From Heterodontus francisci (Eukaryota): a DNA stretch of 64,000 nucleotides. The first letter of the stretch is position 1. Every line of letters starts with the position of its first letter. A program made the position numbers and the translations under genes. This document shows, piece after piece, positions 1 to 13,900 of this stretch. The stretch spans positions 264,219,629 through 264,283,628 of the forward strand of contig NC_090371.1 in NCBI RefSeq assembly GCF_036365525.1, in the 5' to 3' direction. The notes under the pieces are model-generated. The model saw only the letters and a list, made by a program, of their open reading frames with translations. It was not told the DNA's origin and searched no databases.

Positions 1-612
1 GGCCTGGACAACGTATGCCAGCCAAGAGCGACGTCTCAATTCATTCCATCTTCGCTGCCTTCGGAGAATACTTGGCATCAGGTGGCAGGACTATATCTCC
101 AACACAGAAGTCCTTGAAGCGGCCAACATCCCCAGCTTATACACACTACTGAGTCAGCGGCGCTTGAGATGGCTTGGCCATGTGAGCCGCATGGAAGATG
201 GCAGGATCCCCAAAGACACATTGTACAGCGAGCTCGCCACTGGTATCAGACCCACCGGCCGTCCATGTCTCCGTTATAAAGACGTCTGCAAACGCGACAT
301 GAAATCGTGTGACATTGATCACAAGTCGTGGGAGTCAGTTGCCAGCATTCGCCAGAGCTGGCGGGCAGCCATAAAGACAGGGCTAAATTGTGGCGAGTCG
401 AAGAGACTTAGTAGTTGGCAGGAAAAAAGACAGAGGCGCAAGGGGAGAGCCAACTGTGCAACAGCCCCAACAAACAAATTTCTCTGCAGCACCTGTGGAA
501 GAGCCTGTCACTCCAGAATTGGCCTTTATAGCCACTCCAGGCGCTGCTTCACAAACCACTGACCACCTCCAGGCGCGTATCCATTGTCTCTCGAGATAAG
601 GAGGCCCAAAAG
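1..612 (+). mobile_element. RTE-clade LINE, 3' end (C-terminus of RT ORF with terminal zinc finger); continues off the left edge
   Basis: ORF 164-562 reads RWLGHVSRMEDGRIPK..LYSEL..G.RP.GRP.LRYKD and ends C..C.R.C.SRIGLYSH.R.C, both typical of RTE C-termini; short 3' UTR follows. Confidence 0.9.
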
Positions 613-812
613 AAATTGAGAAACCTAGATCCTAAAACATTATGTATTTGTAGTGTGCACAATCGGAGCCTGAACTGAATGTATTGAATTTTCTTCATAA
701 CTGAAAGGAAATTGTTTTCCTCACATTTTAAATATATTTGTTGTAGAGATGGTACATGTCATTATCATTGGCTGAGGGTTGCACAGTCTGTAGTATATGG
801 AGAATGGCAATA

Positions 813-1115
813 GAACAACAACTTGCATTTATATAGCACCTTTAACATAGTAAAACTCAAACAGAATTTGATAGCAAGACACATAAGATGATATTAGGGC
901 AAATGATCAAAAGTTAGGTCAACAAGGTAGGTTTTAAAGAGCGTCTTAAAGGAGGAGAGAGAGGTAGAGAGGTTTAAGAAGGGAAATCCAGAGCTTAGGC
1001 CCTAGGCAACTGAAGGCAGGGCCGCCAATGGTGGAGCGATTAAAATCAGGGATGCGCAAGAGGCTAAAATTGGAGGAGTGCAGAGATTTTGGAGTGTTGT
1101 AGGGTTGGAGGTTAC
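813..1115 (-). mobile_element. L2-clade LINE 3' fragment
   Basis: Minus ORF 946-1164 has ..STIGGPAFSCLGPKLWISL.. (L2 GxRAFSxxAPxLWNSLP motif); tail reads GGTGCTATATAAATGCAAGTTGTTG on the minus strand. Confidence 0.8.
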
Positions 1116-1714
1116 ACAGATAGGTATAACTGCAATTAAGAGTAGTATAGTAATAATGATGCACAGGATCAGCATTCTTTGCTTATGAAAATGTGACATC
1201 ATTGACCCAAAATGTGAGAATGTTTAAAGCCAGAATATCAGCCCTTGTTTTTGCCACGTTCATGTAGCTTGTCCAGTCCATTAGTGCTGTTACTGGGAAG
1301 TATATCACCAGTCAAAAGGAGGACATTATATTTACATGGCATTAACATTCTGAGTCACACATTCCTAATCAAATTGCAAGTGAGGAGAAAAAATATATAA
1401 TATACATTGCTTCCTCTGTCTATTCATCAGTTAATAAAATGAATCAACTCCTTTACCATTTTGCAGTCTGAGGATAGTCCAACTGGGACCCTTACATTCT
1501 CTCCCTACGATAGGAAAAAAGTCAAGGCGAGGATAAAGTTAAGGTGTATCTTAAGGGAAATACCTTCTGCATCGTGCAATATTCATGTGTTTCCAAGAAG
1601 TAGTACAACTTTGACCATCTCTTAAAAGGAAACAATCATCATGGAGAGATAGATAAGAAGGTAGGCTAAATGGCTCTACCTACTAGACACAATACAGCAG
1701 AGCCAGCAGTGCAG

Positions 1715-1820
1715 TATGAAGTATCAAGAAGGAAAGCTAATCAGACATTGGAATGTATAGCCAGTGAGATAGAGCACAAATACCAGGAGGGGATAATGAA
1801 TCTGTACAAGGCATTGAGTG
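1715..1820 (+). mobile_element. Degenerate CR1 ORF2 fragment
   Basis: Translates KANQTLECIASEIEHKYQEGIMNLYKAL, matching the CR1 KAN.MLG.I.RGIEYKS.EVM..LYKAL segment seen in other copies here. Confidence 0.6.
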
Positions 1821-1821
1821 G

Positions 1822-2010
1822 GAGTCAGTCAGCTCAGTTGGCTAGAGTGTGATACAGAAGGACACCCACAACGTGGGGGTTCCATCTCCATACCGGCTGT
1901 AGTAGCTCATGGAGGTCTGCCTCCTTGCTTTGCCCCACACTTGAGGAGTGGTGCCCCTCAAGCTATACATCACTAACTGTCTCTCTCTCTCTAAAGGAGA
2001 GAGTGGGGCC
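1822..2010 (+). mobile_element. tRNA-derived SINE, probably MetaSINE-like
   Basis: A-box-like AGCTCAGTTGG, B-box-like GGTTCCATCTCC, then TGAGGAGTGGTGCCCCTCAAG resembling the recalled Meta domain, and a (CT)n-rich end. Confidence 0.45.
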
Positions 2011-2189
2011 ACAACTAAATTGCGTAAATAGCTGTCAACAGCCATTTTCAGATTTTCTACTTAAACTGGGGTATGAGATCAGGACATTTCCTGCAGAAAT
2101 CAAGGGGCAGTATCCCTTCAATAAAGTAGATGGAAGAACGAGGCCCACAACCCCTGTTTAGAACTCTGTGACAGATAAGTCATTATTAT

Positions 2190-2625
2190 CTCTAAAAAGA
2201 AAAACTTCACAACTACCAGACATCTCAAAGCACTCAACAGTCAATGAATTACTTTTGAACTGTAGTCCCTACTGTAATACAGGAACCAAGGCAGCCAATA
2301 TGCACAAAGCAAACTCCCACAAACAGCAATGTGTTAATAACCAGATAATCTGCTTTGTTGTGATGTTGGTTGAGTGATAAATATTAGCCAGGACACCAGG
2401 GATAGTTTCCCTGCTGTTCTTCAAATAGTTACATGGGATCTTTTATGTCCATCTGCGTGCAACGGGGCCCTGGTTTCACATGTTATTAGCAAGACAGCAC
2501 AGCACTCCCTCAGTTCTGCACTGGAGCGTCAGTCTTGATTTCTATCTGTAAGTCCTGGAGTGAAATTTCAACTCAGAACCTTGTAACTCAGTGGCAAGAT
2601 TGCTTCCAACGGAGCCACAACTGAC
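2190..2625 (-). mobile_element. DeuSINE (SacSINE1/AmnSINE1-like)
   Basis: Deu-domain-like GGCAGCCAATATGCACAAAGCAAACTCCCACAAACAGCAATG..ACCAGATAATCTG; tRNA-like head near 2560-2620 on the minus strand. Confidence 0.8.
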
Positions 2626-2736
2626 GATTCACCCAATTGCCTCATAAAGCAAACACGTTCTCTGTTATGAAATAGTTTCAGCTTTGCTTTCATGGATGAA
2701 CTAAAAGCAATCAGTGCTCACTATAAGAAACACATA

Positions 2737-3800
2737 GGGCTGGATTTTGTGTAGGAGGCGGGGCTCCTGACACCGGGTCGAAAAGGCAGGGGCAACCCCA
2801 CCTCTGCATTTTCCTGAGCCCCCAGAGCGATCCTCTCGTGTTTTTAAACGTAAGTTTCAGGAGGCGAGATCCCCGTTTCTTTAAAGACCAGCCAATCAGA
2901 GGGCCAGCAACTCAGCAGTATTGGAAGCACCACCAGGAGCGGTGGAACCCTGGGGCCAAGGTAAGTGAGGCAGGGTCATCGGTGTTAGTCCAGAAGAGCC
3001 CAGAGGGGGGCCTGGGGCGTGGTCATGCAGCCCAAGGTAAGGAGGTCCTGGGGGTGAATTGCTTCCCGGTAGGGGTCCTTCATGGGCCACAAATTGCCCA
3101 CAGCGGAGAGACCTACACCCAAGCCAGTAGGTAGGGGGCATCATTTTACAAGGCATCCTCCCCACGCGGCAGAGGCCCAACCCCGCCCCCCTCCCACCCC
3201 GCACTGGTAAGATCCCAGCGTCAGTGGGAAGAGGTCCTTAACTGGCCATTAATAGGCCACTTCAGGGCCTAAATTGCCTCCGGGTTAAAGCCTGGCTACC
3301 CGGCCTGAATCCAACTAGACCCGACTACATGTGTCGGGTGCGGGTCGGGTCGGGTCTATATCCTGAGTCCAGCATTCGGGCTCAGGTCGAGTCGGGCTGG
3401 ACAATGCTACCTTCGGGAACTCATGGGTTCAGGCTCACACATGATTTCCCACAACTCCATCTGCAGGAATAGCCTGCTGCCAGAACGGATGAACGATATT
3501 CGTGTCGGGTCGGGTTAGGTCGGGCGCGAAAAATACTTAAAGGACTCGGGTCCAGGTCAGGTTCGGGTTGGCTGTGGTTGGGTTGGGCCTGGGTCAGGTT
3601 TCAATTTTATGCCCGAGCAGGCCTTTACTCTGGATGGGAAGCCTGTCGCAGGCTTATCCCACCCTGGGTAAGATCACGGGGCAACGGCGTGGTGACGGGC
3701 CCTCCGCCCCGCCACCTGATGCAATACTCTGCGACCAACCACCGCCTCGCCTCCGATCCCACCTTGGGTGGGGTGGGGGGGGGCCCGTAAAATCCAGCCC
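2737..3800. mobile_element. Non-autonomous PIF/Harbinger-like MITE
   Basis: Perfect 12-bp TIR GGGCTGGATTTT (2737-2748) / AAAATCCAGCCC (3789-3800), with 3-bp duplication ATA (2734-2736, 3801-3803). Confidence 0.8.
3286..3627. mobile_element. hAT-like MITE nested in the Harbinger MITE
   Basis: Ends TAAAGCCTG / CAGGCCTTTA; 8-bp TSD CTCCGGGT vs CTCTGGAT (6/8); many subterminal TCGGG/CCCGA pentamers. Confidence 0.7.
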
Positions 3801-4709
3801 ATAAGTTGGGATAGACACCATGCTCAGCATGCAGTAAGTATGCCAGTAAAAGAAAAATATGCCAGTGAAATAACCTCAGCACAAAATCTGCTACAGAGAA
3901 GTTGACAAGAAAGATGATATTCATGCAAAGCCAACAACATATAGACTCAGTTGCGGATGTCTGAGCCTTGACCGTGCCAGTATCAGCATGTCTGAAAGTG
4001 ACAACACAAGACAGCTATAGCCCCGGCAGTAATGCTGCAAGCATAAGAAAACATGATTTCTGAGCTGCGGGATGTTGTAAGAATTGCACCCATGAAGGCA
4101 ATTGTTCGACACTTGGAGGGGAGATCAAAGCTGCAGGAAGAGAATGTATTACCCTCAGGTGAAGGGATTTTGTGAAAACCTGAAAAGCTACTTTTGAATT
4201 GATGATGTATTACAGACAGTGACAAGTCAATGTTAGTGGATATAAGAATGATATCCAGAAAATTTTCCACATATCCCTATTTGGAATGTGCAGTCTAAGT
4301 TGAAGAACTAATGTTTGTTGAAGATCTGAAAAATGGATTTTAACTTTCACATTTAATAAAAACTTACTGAGAAAAAGAATTGATGGCTTAGAAAAGTAAC
4401 TCACAGCATTAAGCCCTGCAACTGAAAAGTAGATGCACGCAAAATGAATTCCATTGGCTCACATAATCACTGTGCATCTGTGACTTCTTTCAATGAATAC
4501 AGGGCTCCATGTTTACTTCCTGTAAATTGGATTGTTTCCTTTATTTGTCAAATTAGTACTCATAAATGGTGTTTACATAAGTGCAATGGAGGTCTTAAGG
4601 GCACTTCCTTGTCCTATGGAATTCAGATTGAGTCAGGTCTTCAGTCTTGTTCACTATGTACCCTCACAGTCATTGCTGGCACTAACTAAAACATTCTCTA
4701 TTGTACTGT

Positions 4710-4850
4710 CATAAGTGTCGTCTTTCAGACAGTCCCAAGCACTATTTTGAAGAAGGGGAAGGGCTTTCTCCCTTAGTGCCTTGGCAACTACATATCTCTC
4801 AACCAACCTCACCAAAAACAAATTATCTGGTCATTATTTTATTCCAGGCT
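4710..4850 (+). mobile_element. DeuSINE remnant
   Basis: GCACTATTTTGAAGAAG..CTCAACCAACCTCACCAAAAACAAATTATCTGGTCATTAT matches the Deu core of the other copies. Confidence 0.6.
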
Positions 4851-4904
4851 TATGCGAAAACTTCCCAAAATCACAATCTAACCTAATTCCAGTGATTTCC
4901 CACA

Positions 4905-7900
4905 TGACTCAGAGACCCACATTCCCCATAAAACCCTTGATTCTCCCAAGAACTGCGATCACCCCCAAAATCCATGATCCCTCCAAAATCCATGATCCCC
5001 CGAGACCCGCAATCTCCCCGGTGACCTGCAATCCTAACCCCCCAAGACCCACAATGCCCCCGAGACAAGCAATCTCCCCCAAGACCCACAATCTCCCCAA
5101 GACCCGCAATCTCCACATGCCCCCTCCCCACCCCCGAGACCCACAATGCCCCCAACATCAGCAATCTTCCCGAGACCCACAATCTCCCCCAAGTTCCGCG
5201 ATCTCCCCGAGCCCCGCAATCCCCCGAGACCTGCAATCCCCCCGAGACTCGCAATCTCCCCAAGACCCGCAATCTCCCCAAGACCCGCAATTGCCCCCTG
5301 AGTCCCACAATCTCCCTGAGACCCACAATCTCCCCAAGACCCGCAATCGTCCCCCGAGTCCCACAATCTCCCTGAGACCCGCAATCCCCCCGAGACCCAC
5401 AATCCCCTTGAGAGCCGCAATCTCCCCCAAGACCTGCGATCTCCACGAGCCCCACAATCCCCCTGAGATCCGCAATTCCCCCAAGACCCACAATCTCCCT
5501 GAGACCCGCAATCTCCCGCCGAGTTCCGCAATCTCCCCGAGACCCGCAAACCCCCCGAGACCTGCATTCTCCCCAAGACCCACAATCCCCCCGGACCCCA
5601 TAATGCCCCCTGTGACACGCAATGCCCCCTGTGACCCGCAATCTCACCGAGACCAGCAATCCGCCCGAGACCCACAATTCCCCTGTGACCCGCAATCTCC
5701 CCGAGACCCGCAATCCTCCTGAGCCCCGTAATCTCACTGAGCCCCGCCCTCCCCCGAAGACCCGCAATCTCCCCCGAGTCCCACAATCCCCCCGAGACCC
5801 GCAATCCCCCCAAGACCCGCAATCCCCCCGAAACCAGCAATCACCCTGTGACCCGCAATCACCCTGTGACCCGCAGTCCCCCCGGGACACGCAATATCCC
5901 CCTGAGCCCTGCAATGCACCCGAAACCCACAATCCCCCTGAAACCCACAATGCCCCCGAGACACGCATTCCCCCCGAGAAACACAATCCCCCCGAGAAAC
6001 ACAATCCCCCCGAAACCCGCAATCTCCCCCCGAGACCCGCAATCTCCTCCCGGGACCTGCAATCTCCCCGAGCCCCGCCATCCCCCCGAGTCCCGCAAAC
6101 CCCCCGAGACCTGCAATCTCCCCCCAAGACCCACAATCCCCCCGAGACAAGCAATTTCCCGCCGAGACCCACAATCCCCCCGAGACCCGCAATCTCCCCC
6201 CAAGACCCACAATCCCCCCGAGACCAGCAATCTCCCCCCAAGACCCACAATCCCCCCGAGACCAGCAATTTCCCCCCGAGATCCACAATCCCCCCCAAGA
6301 CCCGCAATCTCCCCCCGAGACCCGCAAACCCCCGAGACCTGCAATCACCCTGAGACCCGCAATCTCCCCCTGAGACCCGCAAACCCCCGAGACCCGCAAT
6401 CTCCCTGAGACCCGCGATCTCCCCCTGAGACCCGCAAACCCACCGAGACCCGCAAACCCCCGAAATACGCAATCTCCCCGAGACCCGCAATATCCCCCGA
6501 GACCCGCAAATCCCTGAGACCCGCAATCTCCCCGAGACCCATACTCTCCCCCCGAGACCCGCAATCCCCCCGAGACCCACAATCTCCCCCCGAGACCCGC
6601 AATCCCCCCGAGACCCACAATCCCCCCCCGAGACCCACAATCCCCCCAAGACCCACAATCTCCTCCTGAGACCCACAATCACGCCGAGACCCACAATCTC
6701 CCCCCGAGACCCACAATCCCCCCGAGACCCACAATCTCCCCCCGAGACCCACAATCTCCCCCCGAGACCCGCAATCCCCCCGAGACCCACAATCGCCCCC
6801 CGAGACCCGCAATCCCCCCGAGCCCATCAATCTCCCCCCGAGACTCACAATCTCCGCGACACCCGCAATCGCCCCGACACCGGCAATCCCCCCGAGATCT
6901 GCAATCTCCCCCGACACCCGCAATCGCCCCGAGGCCCGCAAACTCCGAGACCCGCAATCTACCCCCAAGACCCGCAATCTCCCCTCGAGACCTACAATCT
7001 CACCCAGATATCCACAATCTCCCCTCGAATCCCGCAATCTGCCCCGAGACCAACAATCCCCCCAAGACCCACAATCTCCCCCCGAGACCCACAATCCCCC
7101 CGAGACCCACAATCTCCCCCAGAGACCCACAATTCCCCCAAGACCCACAATCTCCTCCCGAGACCAACAATCTCCCCGAGACCCACAATCTCCCCCCGAG
7201 ACCCACAATCTCCCCGAGACCCACAATCTCCCCCCGAGACGCGCAATCCCCCCCGAGACCCACAATCTCCCCCTGAGACCCACAATCCCCCCCCCGAGAC
7301 CCACAATCTCCTCCCGAGACCCAAAATCCCCCCAAGACCCACAATCTGCTCCCGAGACCCACAATCCCCCCAAGACCCACAATCTGCTCCCGAGACCCAC
7401 AATCTCCCCCCGAGACCCACAATCCCCGCCCCCCCCGAAACCCACAATCCACCGGAGACCCACAATCCACCCCAAGTCCCGCGATCTCCCCGAGCCCCGC
7501 AGTCCCCCGAGACCTGCAATCCCCCCGAGACCCGCAATCTCCCCAAGACCCACAATCTCCCCAAGACCCGCAATTGCCCCCCGAGTCCCACAATCTCCCT
7601 GAGACCCACAATCTCCCCAAGACCCGCAATCGCCCCCCGAGTCCCGTAATCTCCGAGACCCGCAATCCCCCCGAGACCCACAATCCCCTTGAGAGCCGCA
7701 ATCTCCCCCAAGACCTGCGATCTCCACGAGTCCCGCAATCCCCCTGAGATCCGCAATTCCCCCAAGACCCACAATTTCCCTGAGACCCGCAATCTCCCGC
7801 TGAGTTCCGCAATCTCCCCGAGACCCGCAATCCCCCCGAGACCTGCATTCTCCCCAAGACCCACAATCCCCCCGGACCCCATAATGCCCCCTGTGACCCG

Positions 7901-10900
7901 CAATGCCCCCTGTGACCTGCAATCTCACCGAGACCAGCAATCCGCCCGAGACCCACAATTCCCCTGTGACCCGCAATCTCCCCGAGACCCGCATTCCTCC
8001 TGAGCCCCGTAATCTCACTGAGCCCTGCCCTCCCCTGAAGACCCGCAATCTCCCCCGAGTCCCACAATCCCCCCGAGACCCGCAATCCCCCCGAAACCCA
8101 CAATCTGCTCCCGAGACCCACAATCCCCCCAAGACCCACAATCTCCCCCCCGAGACCCACAATCTCCCCCCCGAGACCCACAATCTCCCCCCGAGACCCA
8201 CAATCTCCCCCCCGAGACCCACAATCTCCCCCCCGAGACCCACAATCTCCCCCCGAGACCCACAATCTACCCCCGAGACCCACAATCTCCCCCCGAGACC
8301 CACAATCTCCCCCCGAGACCCACAATCGCCCCGAGACCCATAATCTCCCCCCGAGACCCGCAATCCCCCCGAGACCCACAATCTCCCCCCGAGACCCGCA
8401 ATCCCCCCGAGACCCACAATCCCCCCCCGAGACCCACAATCCCCCCAAGACCCACAATCTCCTCCTGAGACCCACAATCACGCCGAGACCCACAATCTCC
8501 CCCCGAGACCCACAATCCCCCCGAGACCCACAATCGCCCCCCGAGACCCACAATCTCCCCCCGAGACCCGCAATCCCCCCGAGACCCACAATCGCCCCCC
8601 GAGACCCGCAATCCCCCCGAGCCCATAATGCCCCCTGTGACCCGCAATGCCCCCTGTGACCTGCAATCTCACCGAGACCAGCAATCCGCCCGAGACCCAC
8701 AATTCCCCTGTGACCCGCAATCTCCCCGAGACCCGCATTCCTCCTGAGCCCCGTAATCTCACTGAGCCCTGCCCTCCCCTGAAGACCCGCAATCTCCCCC
8801 GAGTCCCACAATCCCCCCGAGACCCGCAATCCCCCCGAAACCCACAATCTGCTCCCGAGACCCACAATCCCCCCAAGACCCACAATCTCCCCCCCGAGAC
8901 CCACAATCTCCCCCCCGAGACCCACAATCTCCCCCCGAGACCCACAATCTCCCCCCCGAGACCCACAATCTCCCCCCCGAGACCCACAATCTCCCCCCGA
9001 GACCCACAATCTACCCCCGAGACCCACAATCTCCCCCCGAGACCCACAATCTCCCCCCGAGACCCACAATCGCCCCGAGACCCATAATCTCCCCCCGAGA
9101 CCCGCAATCCCCCCGAGACCCACAATCTCCCCCCGAGACCCGCAATCCCCCCGAGACCCACAATCCCCCCCCGAGACCCACAATCCCCCCAAGACCCACA
9201 ATCTCCTCCTGAGACCCACAATCACGCCGAGACCCACAATCTCCCCCCGAGACCCACAATCCCCCCGAGACCCACAATCGCCCCCCGAGACCCACAATCT
9301 CCCCCCGAGACCCGCAATCCCCCCGAGACCCACAATCGCCCCCCGAGACCCGCAATCCCCCCGAGCCCATCAATCTCCCCCCGAGACTCACAATCTCCGC
9401 GACACCCGCAATCGCCCCGACACCGGCAATCCCCCCGAGATCTGCAATCTCCCCCGACACCCGCAATCGCCCCGATGCCCGCAAACCCCGAGACCCGCAA
9501 TCTACCCCCAAGACCCGCAATCTCCCCTCGAGACCTACAATCTCACCCAGATATCCACAATCTCCCCTTGAATCCCGCAATCTGCCCCGAGACCAACAAT
9601 CCCCCCAAGACCCACAATCTCCCCCCGAGACCCACAATCCCCCCGAGACCCACAATCTCCCCCAGAGACCCACAATTCCCCCAAGACCCACAATCTCCTC
9701 CCGAGACCCGCAAGCCCCTCGAGACCCACAATCTCCCCCCGAGACTCGCAATCCCCCCAAGACGCACAATCTCCCACGGAGACCCACAATCCCCCCGAGA
9801 CCAACAATCTCCCCCCGTGACCCACAATCCCTCTGAGACCCACAATCTCCCCCCGAGACCCACATTCTCCCCCCGAGACCCACAATCCCCCCGAGACCCA
9901 CAATCCCCCGAGACCAACAATCTCCCCCCGAGACCCACAATCCCCCCGAGACCAACAATCTCCCCCCGATACCCGCAATCCCCCCGAGACCCACAATCTC
10001 CGCCCGAGACCCGCAATTCCCCGAGACCAACAATCTCCCCGAGACCCACAATCTCCCCGAGACCAGCAATTTCCCCCCGAGATCCACAATCCCCCCGATA
10101 CCCGCAATCTCCCCCCAAGACCCACAATCCCCCCGAGACCAGCAATTTCCCCCCGAGATCCACAATCCCCCCCAAGACCCGCAATCTCCCCCCGAGACCC
10201 GCAAACCCCCGAGAGCAGCAATCTCCCCGAGACCCGCAATATCCGCCGAGACCCGCAAATCCCTGAGACCCGCAATCTCCCTGAGACCCGCAATCTCCCC
10301 CCGAGACCCGCAATCTCCCTGAGACCCGCAATCTCCCCCGAGACCAAAATTCCCCCCAAGACCCGCAATCTCCCCGACACCCGCAATTGCCCCGACTCCC
10401 GCAATCACCCCTCGAGACCCGCAACCCCCCAGAGACGCGTAATCTCGCCCCAATGATCCGCAATCTCCCCCCGGTGATCCGCAATCTCCCCGCGAGACCC
10501 ACAATCCCCCAAGACCCGCAATCTCCCCCCGGTGATGCGCAATGTCCCCCGGAGACCCACAATCTCCCCCCGAGACCCACAATCTCCCCCCGAGACCCGC
10601 AATCCCCCCGAGACCCACAATCCCCCCCCAAGACCCACAATCTCCTCCTGAGACCCACAATCACGCCGAGACCCACAATCTCCCCCCGAGACCCACAATC
10701 CCCCCGAGACCCACAATCTCCCCCCGAGACCCACAATCTCCCCCCGAGACCCGCAATCCCCCCGAGACCCACAATCGCCCCCCGAGACCCGCAATCCCCC
10801 CGAGCCCATCAATCTCCCCCCGAGACTCACAATCTCCGCGACACCCGCAATCGCCCCGACACCGGCAATCCCCCCGAGATCTGCAATCTCCCCCGACACC

Positions 10901-13900
10901 CGCAATCGCCCCGAGGCCCGCAAACCCCGAGACCCGCAATCTACCCCCAAGACCCGCAATCTCCCCTCGAGACCTACAATCTCACCCAGATATCCACAAT
11001 CTCCCCTCGAATCCCGCAATCTGCCCCGAGACCAACAATCCCCCCAAGACCCACAATCTCCTCCCGAGACCCACAATCCCCCCGAGACCCACAATCTCCC
11101 CCAGAGACCCACAATTCCCCCAAGACCCACAATCTCCTCCCGAGACCCGCAAGCCCCCCGAGACCCACAATCTCCCCCCGAGACTCGCAATCCCCCCAAG
11201 ACGCACAATCTCCCACGGAGACCCACAATCCCCCCGAGACCAACAATCTCCCCCCGTGACCCACAATCCCTCTGAGACCCACAATCTCCCCCCGAGACCC
11301 ACATTCTCCCCCCGAGACCCACAATCCCCCCGAGACCCACAATCCCCCGAGACCAACAATCTCCCCCCGAGACCCACAATCCCCCCGAGACCAACAATCT
11401 CCCCCCGATACCCGCAATCCCCCCGAGACCCACAATCTCCGCCCGAGACCCGCAATTCCCCGAGACCAACAATCTCCCCGAGACCCACAATCTCCCCGAG
11501 ACCCACAATCTCCCCCCGAGACGCGCAATCCCCCCCGAGACCCACAATCTCCCCCTGAGACCCACAATCCCCCCCCCGAGACCCACAATCTCCTCCCGAG
11601 ACCCAAAATCCCCCCAAGACCCACAATCTGCTCCCGAGACCCACAATCCCCCCAAGACCCACAATCTGCTCCCGAGACCCACAATCTCCCCCCGAGACCC
11701 ACAATCCCCGCCCCCCCCGAAACCCACAATCCACCGGAGACCCACAATCCACCCCAAGTCCCGCGATCTCCCCGAGCCCCGCAGTCCCCCGAGACCTGCA
11801 ATCCCGCCGAGACCCGCAATCTCCCCAAGACCCACAATCTCCCCAAGACCCGCAATTGCCCCCCGAGTCCCACAATCTCCCTCAGACCCACAATCTCCCC
11901 AAGACCCGCAATCGTCCCCCGAGTCCCGTAATCTCCGAGACCCGCAATCCCCCCGAGACCCACAATCCCCTTGAGAGCCACAATCTCCCCCAAGACCTGC
12001 GATCTCCACGAGTCCCGCAATCCCCCTGAGATCCGCAATTCCCCCAAGACCCACAATTTCCCTGAGACCCGCAATCTCCCGCTGAGTTCCGCAATCTCCC
12101 CGAGACCCGCAATCCCCCCGAGACCTGCATTCTCCCCAAGACCCACAATCCCCCCGGACCCCATAATGCCCCCTGTGACCCGCAATGCCCCCTGTGACCT
12201 GCAATCTCACCGAGACCAGCAATCCGCCCGAGACCCACAATTCCCCTGTGACCCGCAATCTCCCCGAGACCCGCATTCCTCCTGAGCCCCGTAATCTCAC
12301 TGAGCCCTGCCCTCCCCTGAAGACCCACAATCTCCCCCGAGTCCCACAATCCCCCCGAGACCCGCAATCCCCCCGAGACCCGCAATCCCCCCGAAACCCA
12401 CAATCTGCTCCCGAGACCCACAATCCCCCCAAGACCCACAATCTGCTCCCGAGACCCACAATCTCCCCCCGAGACCCACAATCCCTGCCCCCCCCGAAAC
12501 CCACAATCCACCGGAGACCCACAATCCACCCCAAGTCCCGCGATCTCCCCGAGCCCCGCAGTCCCCCGAGACCTGCAATCCCCCCGAGACCCGCAATCTC
12601 CCCAAGACCCACAATCTCCCCAAGACCCGCAATTGCCCCCCGAGTCCCACAATCTCCCTGAGACCCACAATCTCCCCAAGACCCGCAATCGTCCCCCGAG
12701 TCCCGTAATCTCCGAGACCCGCAATCCCCCCGAGACCCACAATCCCCTTGAGAGCCGCAATCTCCCCCAAGACCTGCGATCTCCACGAGTCCCGCAATCC
12801 CCCTGAGATCCGCAATTCCCCCAAGACCCACAATTTCCCTGAGACCCGCAATCTCCCGCTGAGTTCCGCAATCTCCCCGAGACCCGCAATCCCCCCGAGA
12901 CCTGCATTCTCCCCAAGACCCACAATCCCCCCGGACCCCATAATGCCCCCTGTGACCCGCAATGCCCCCTGTGACCTGCAATCTCACCGAGACCAGCAAT
13001 CCGCCCGAGACCCACAATTCCCCTGTGACCCGCAATCTCCCCGAGACCCGCATTCCTCCTGAGCCCCGTAATCTCACTGAGCCCTGCCCTCCCCTGAAGA
13101 CCCGCAATCTCCCCCGAGTCCCACAATCCCCCCGAGACCCGCAATCCCCCCGAGACCCGCAATCCCCCCGAAACCAGCAATCACCCTGTGACCCGCAATC
13201 ACCCTGTGACCCGCAGTCCCCTCGAGACCCGCAATGCCCCCGGGACACGCAATATCCCCCTGAGCCCGGCAATGCACCCGAAACCCACAATCCCCCTGAA
13301 ACCCACAATGCGCCCGAGACACGCATTCCCCCCGAGATCCACAATCCCCCCGAGACCCGCAACCTCCCCGCAAGACCCACAATCCCCCCGAGACCAGCAA
13401 TTTCCCGCCGAGACCCACAATCCCCCTGAGACCCGCAATCTCCCCCCAAGACCGACAATCCCCCGAGCCCCGCCATCCCCCCGAGTCCCGCAAACCCCCC
13501 CGAGACCAGCAATCTCCCCGCAAGACCCACAATCCCCCCGAGACCAGCAATATCCCCCCGAGATCCACAATCCCCCCGATACCCGCAATCTCCCCCAAGA
13601 CCCACAATCCCCCGAGACCAGCAATTTCCCCCCGAGATCCACAATCCCCCCCAAGACCCGCAATCTCCCCCCGAGACCCGCAAACCCCCGAGAACAGCAA
13701 TCTCCCCGAGACCCGCAATATCCCCCGAGACCCGCAAATCCCTGAGACCCGCAATCTCCCTGAGACCCGCAATCTCCCCCTGAGACCCGCAATCTCCCAC
13801 CGAGATCCGCAATCCCCCCGAGACCCGCAATCTCCCCCCGAGACCAAAATTCCCCCCAAGACCCGCAATCTCCCCGACACCCGCAATTGCCCCGACTCCC

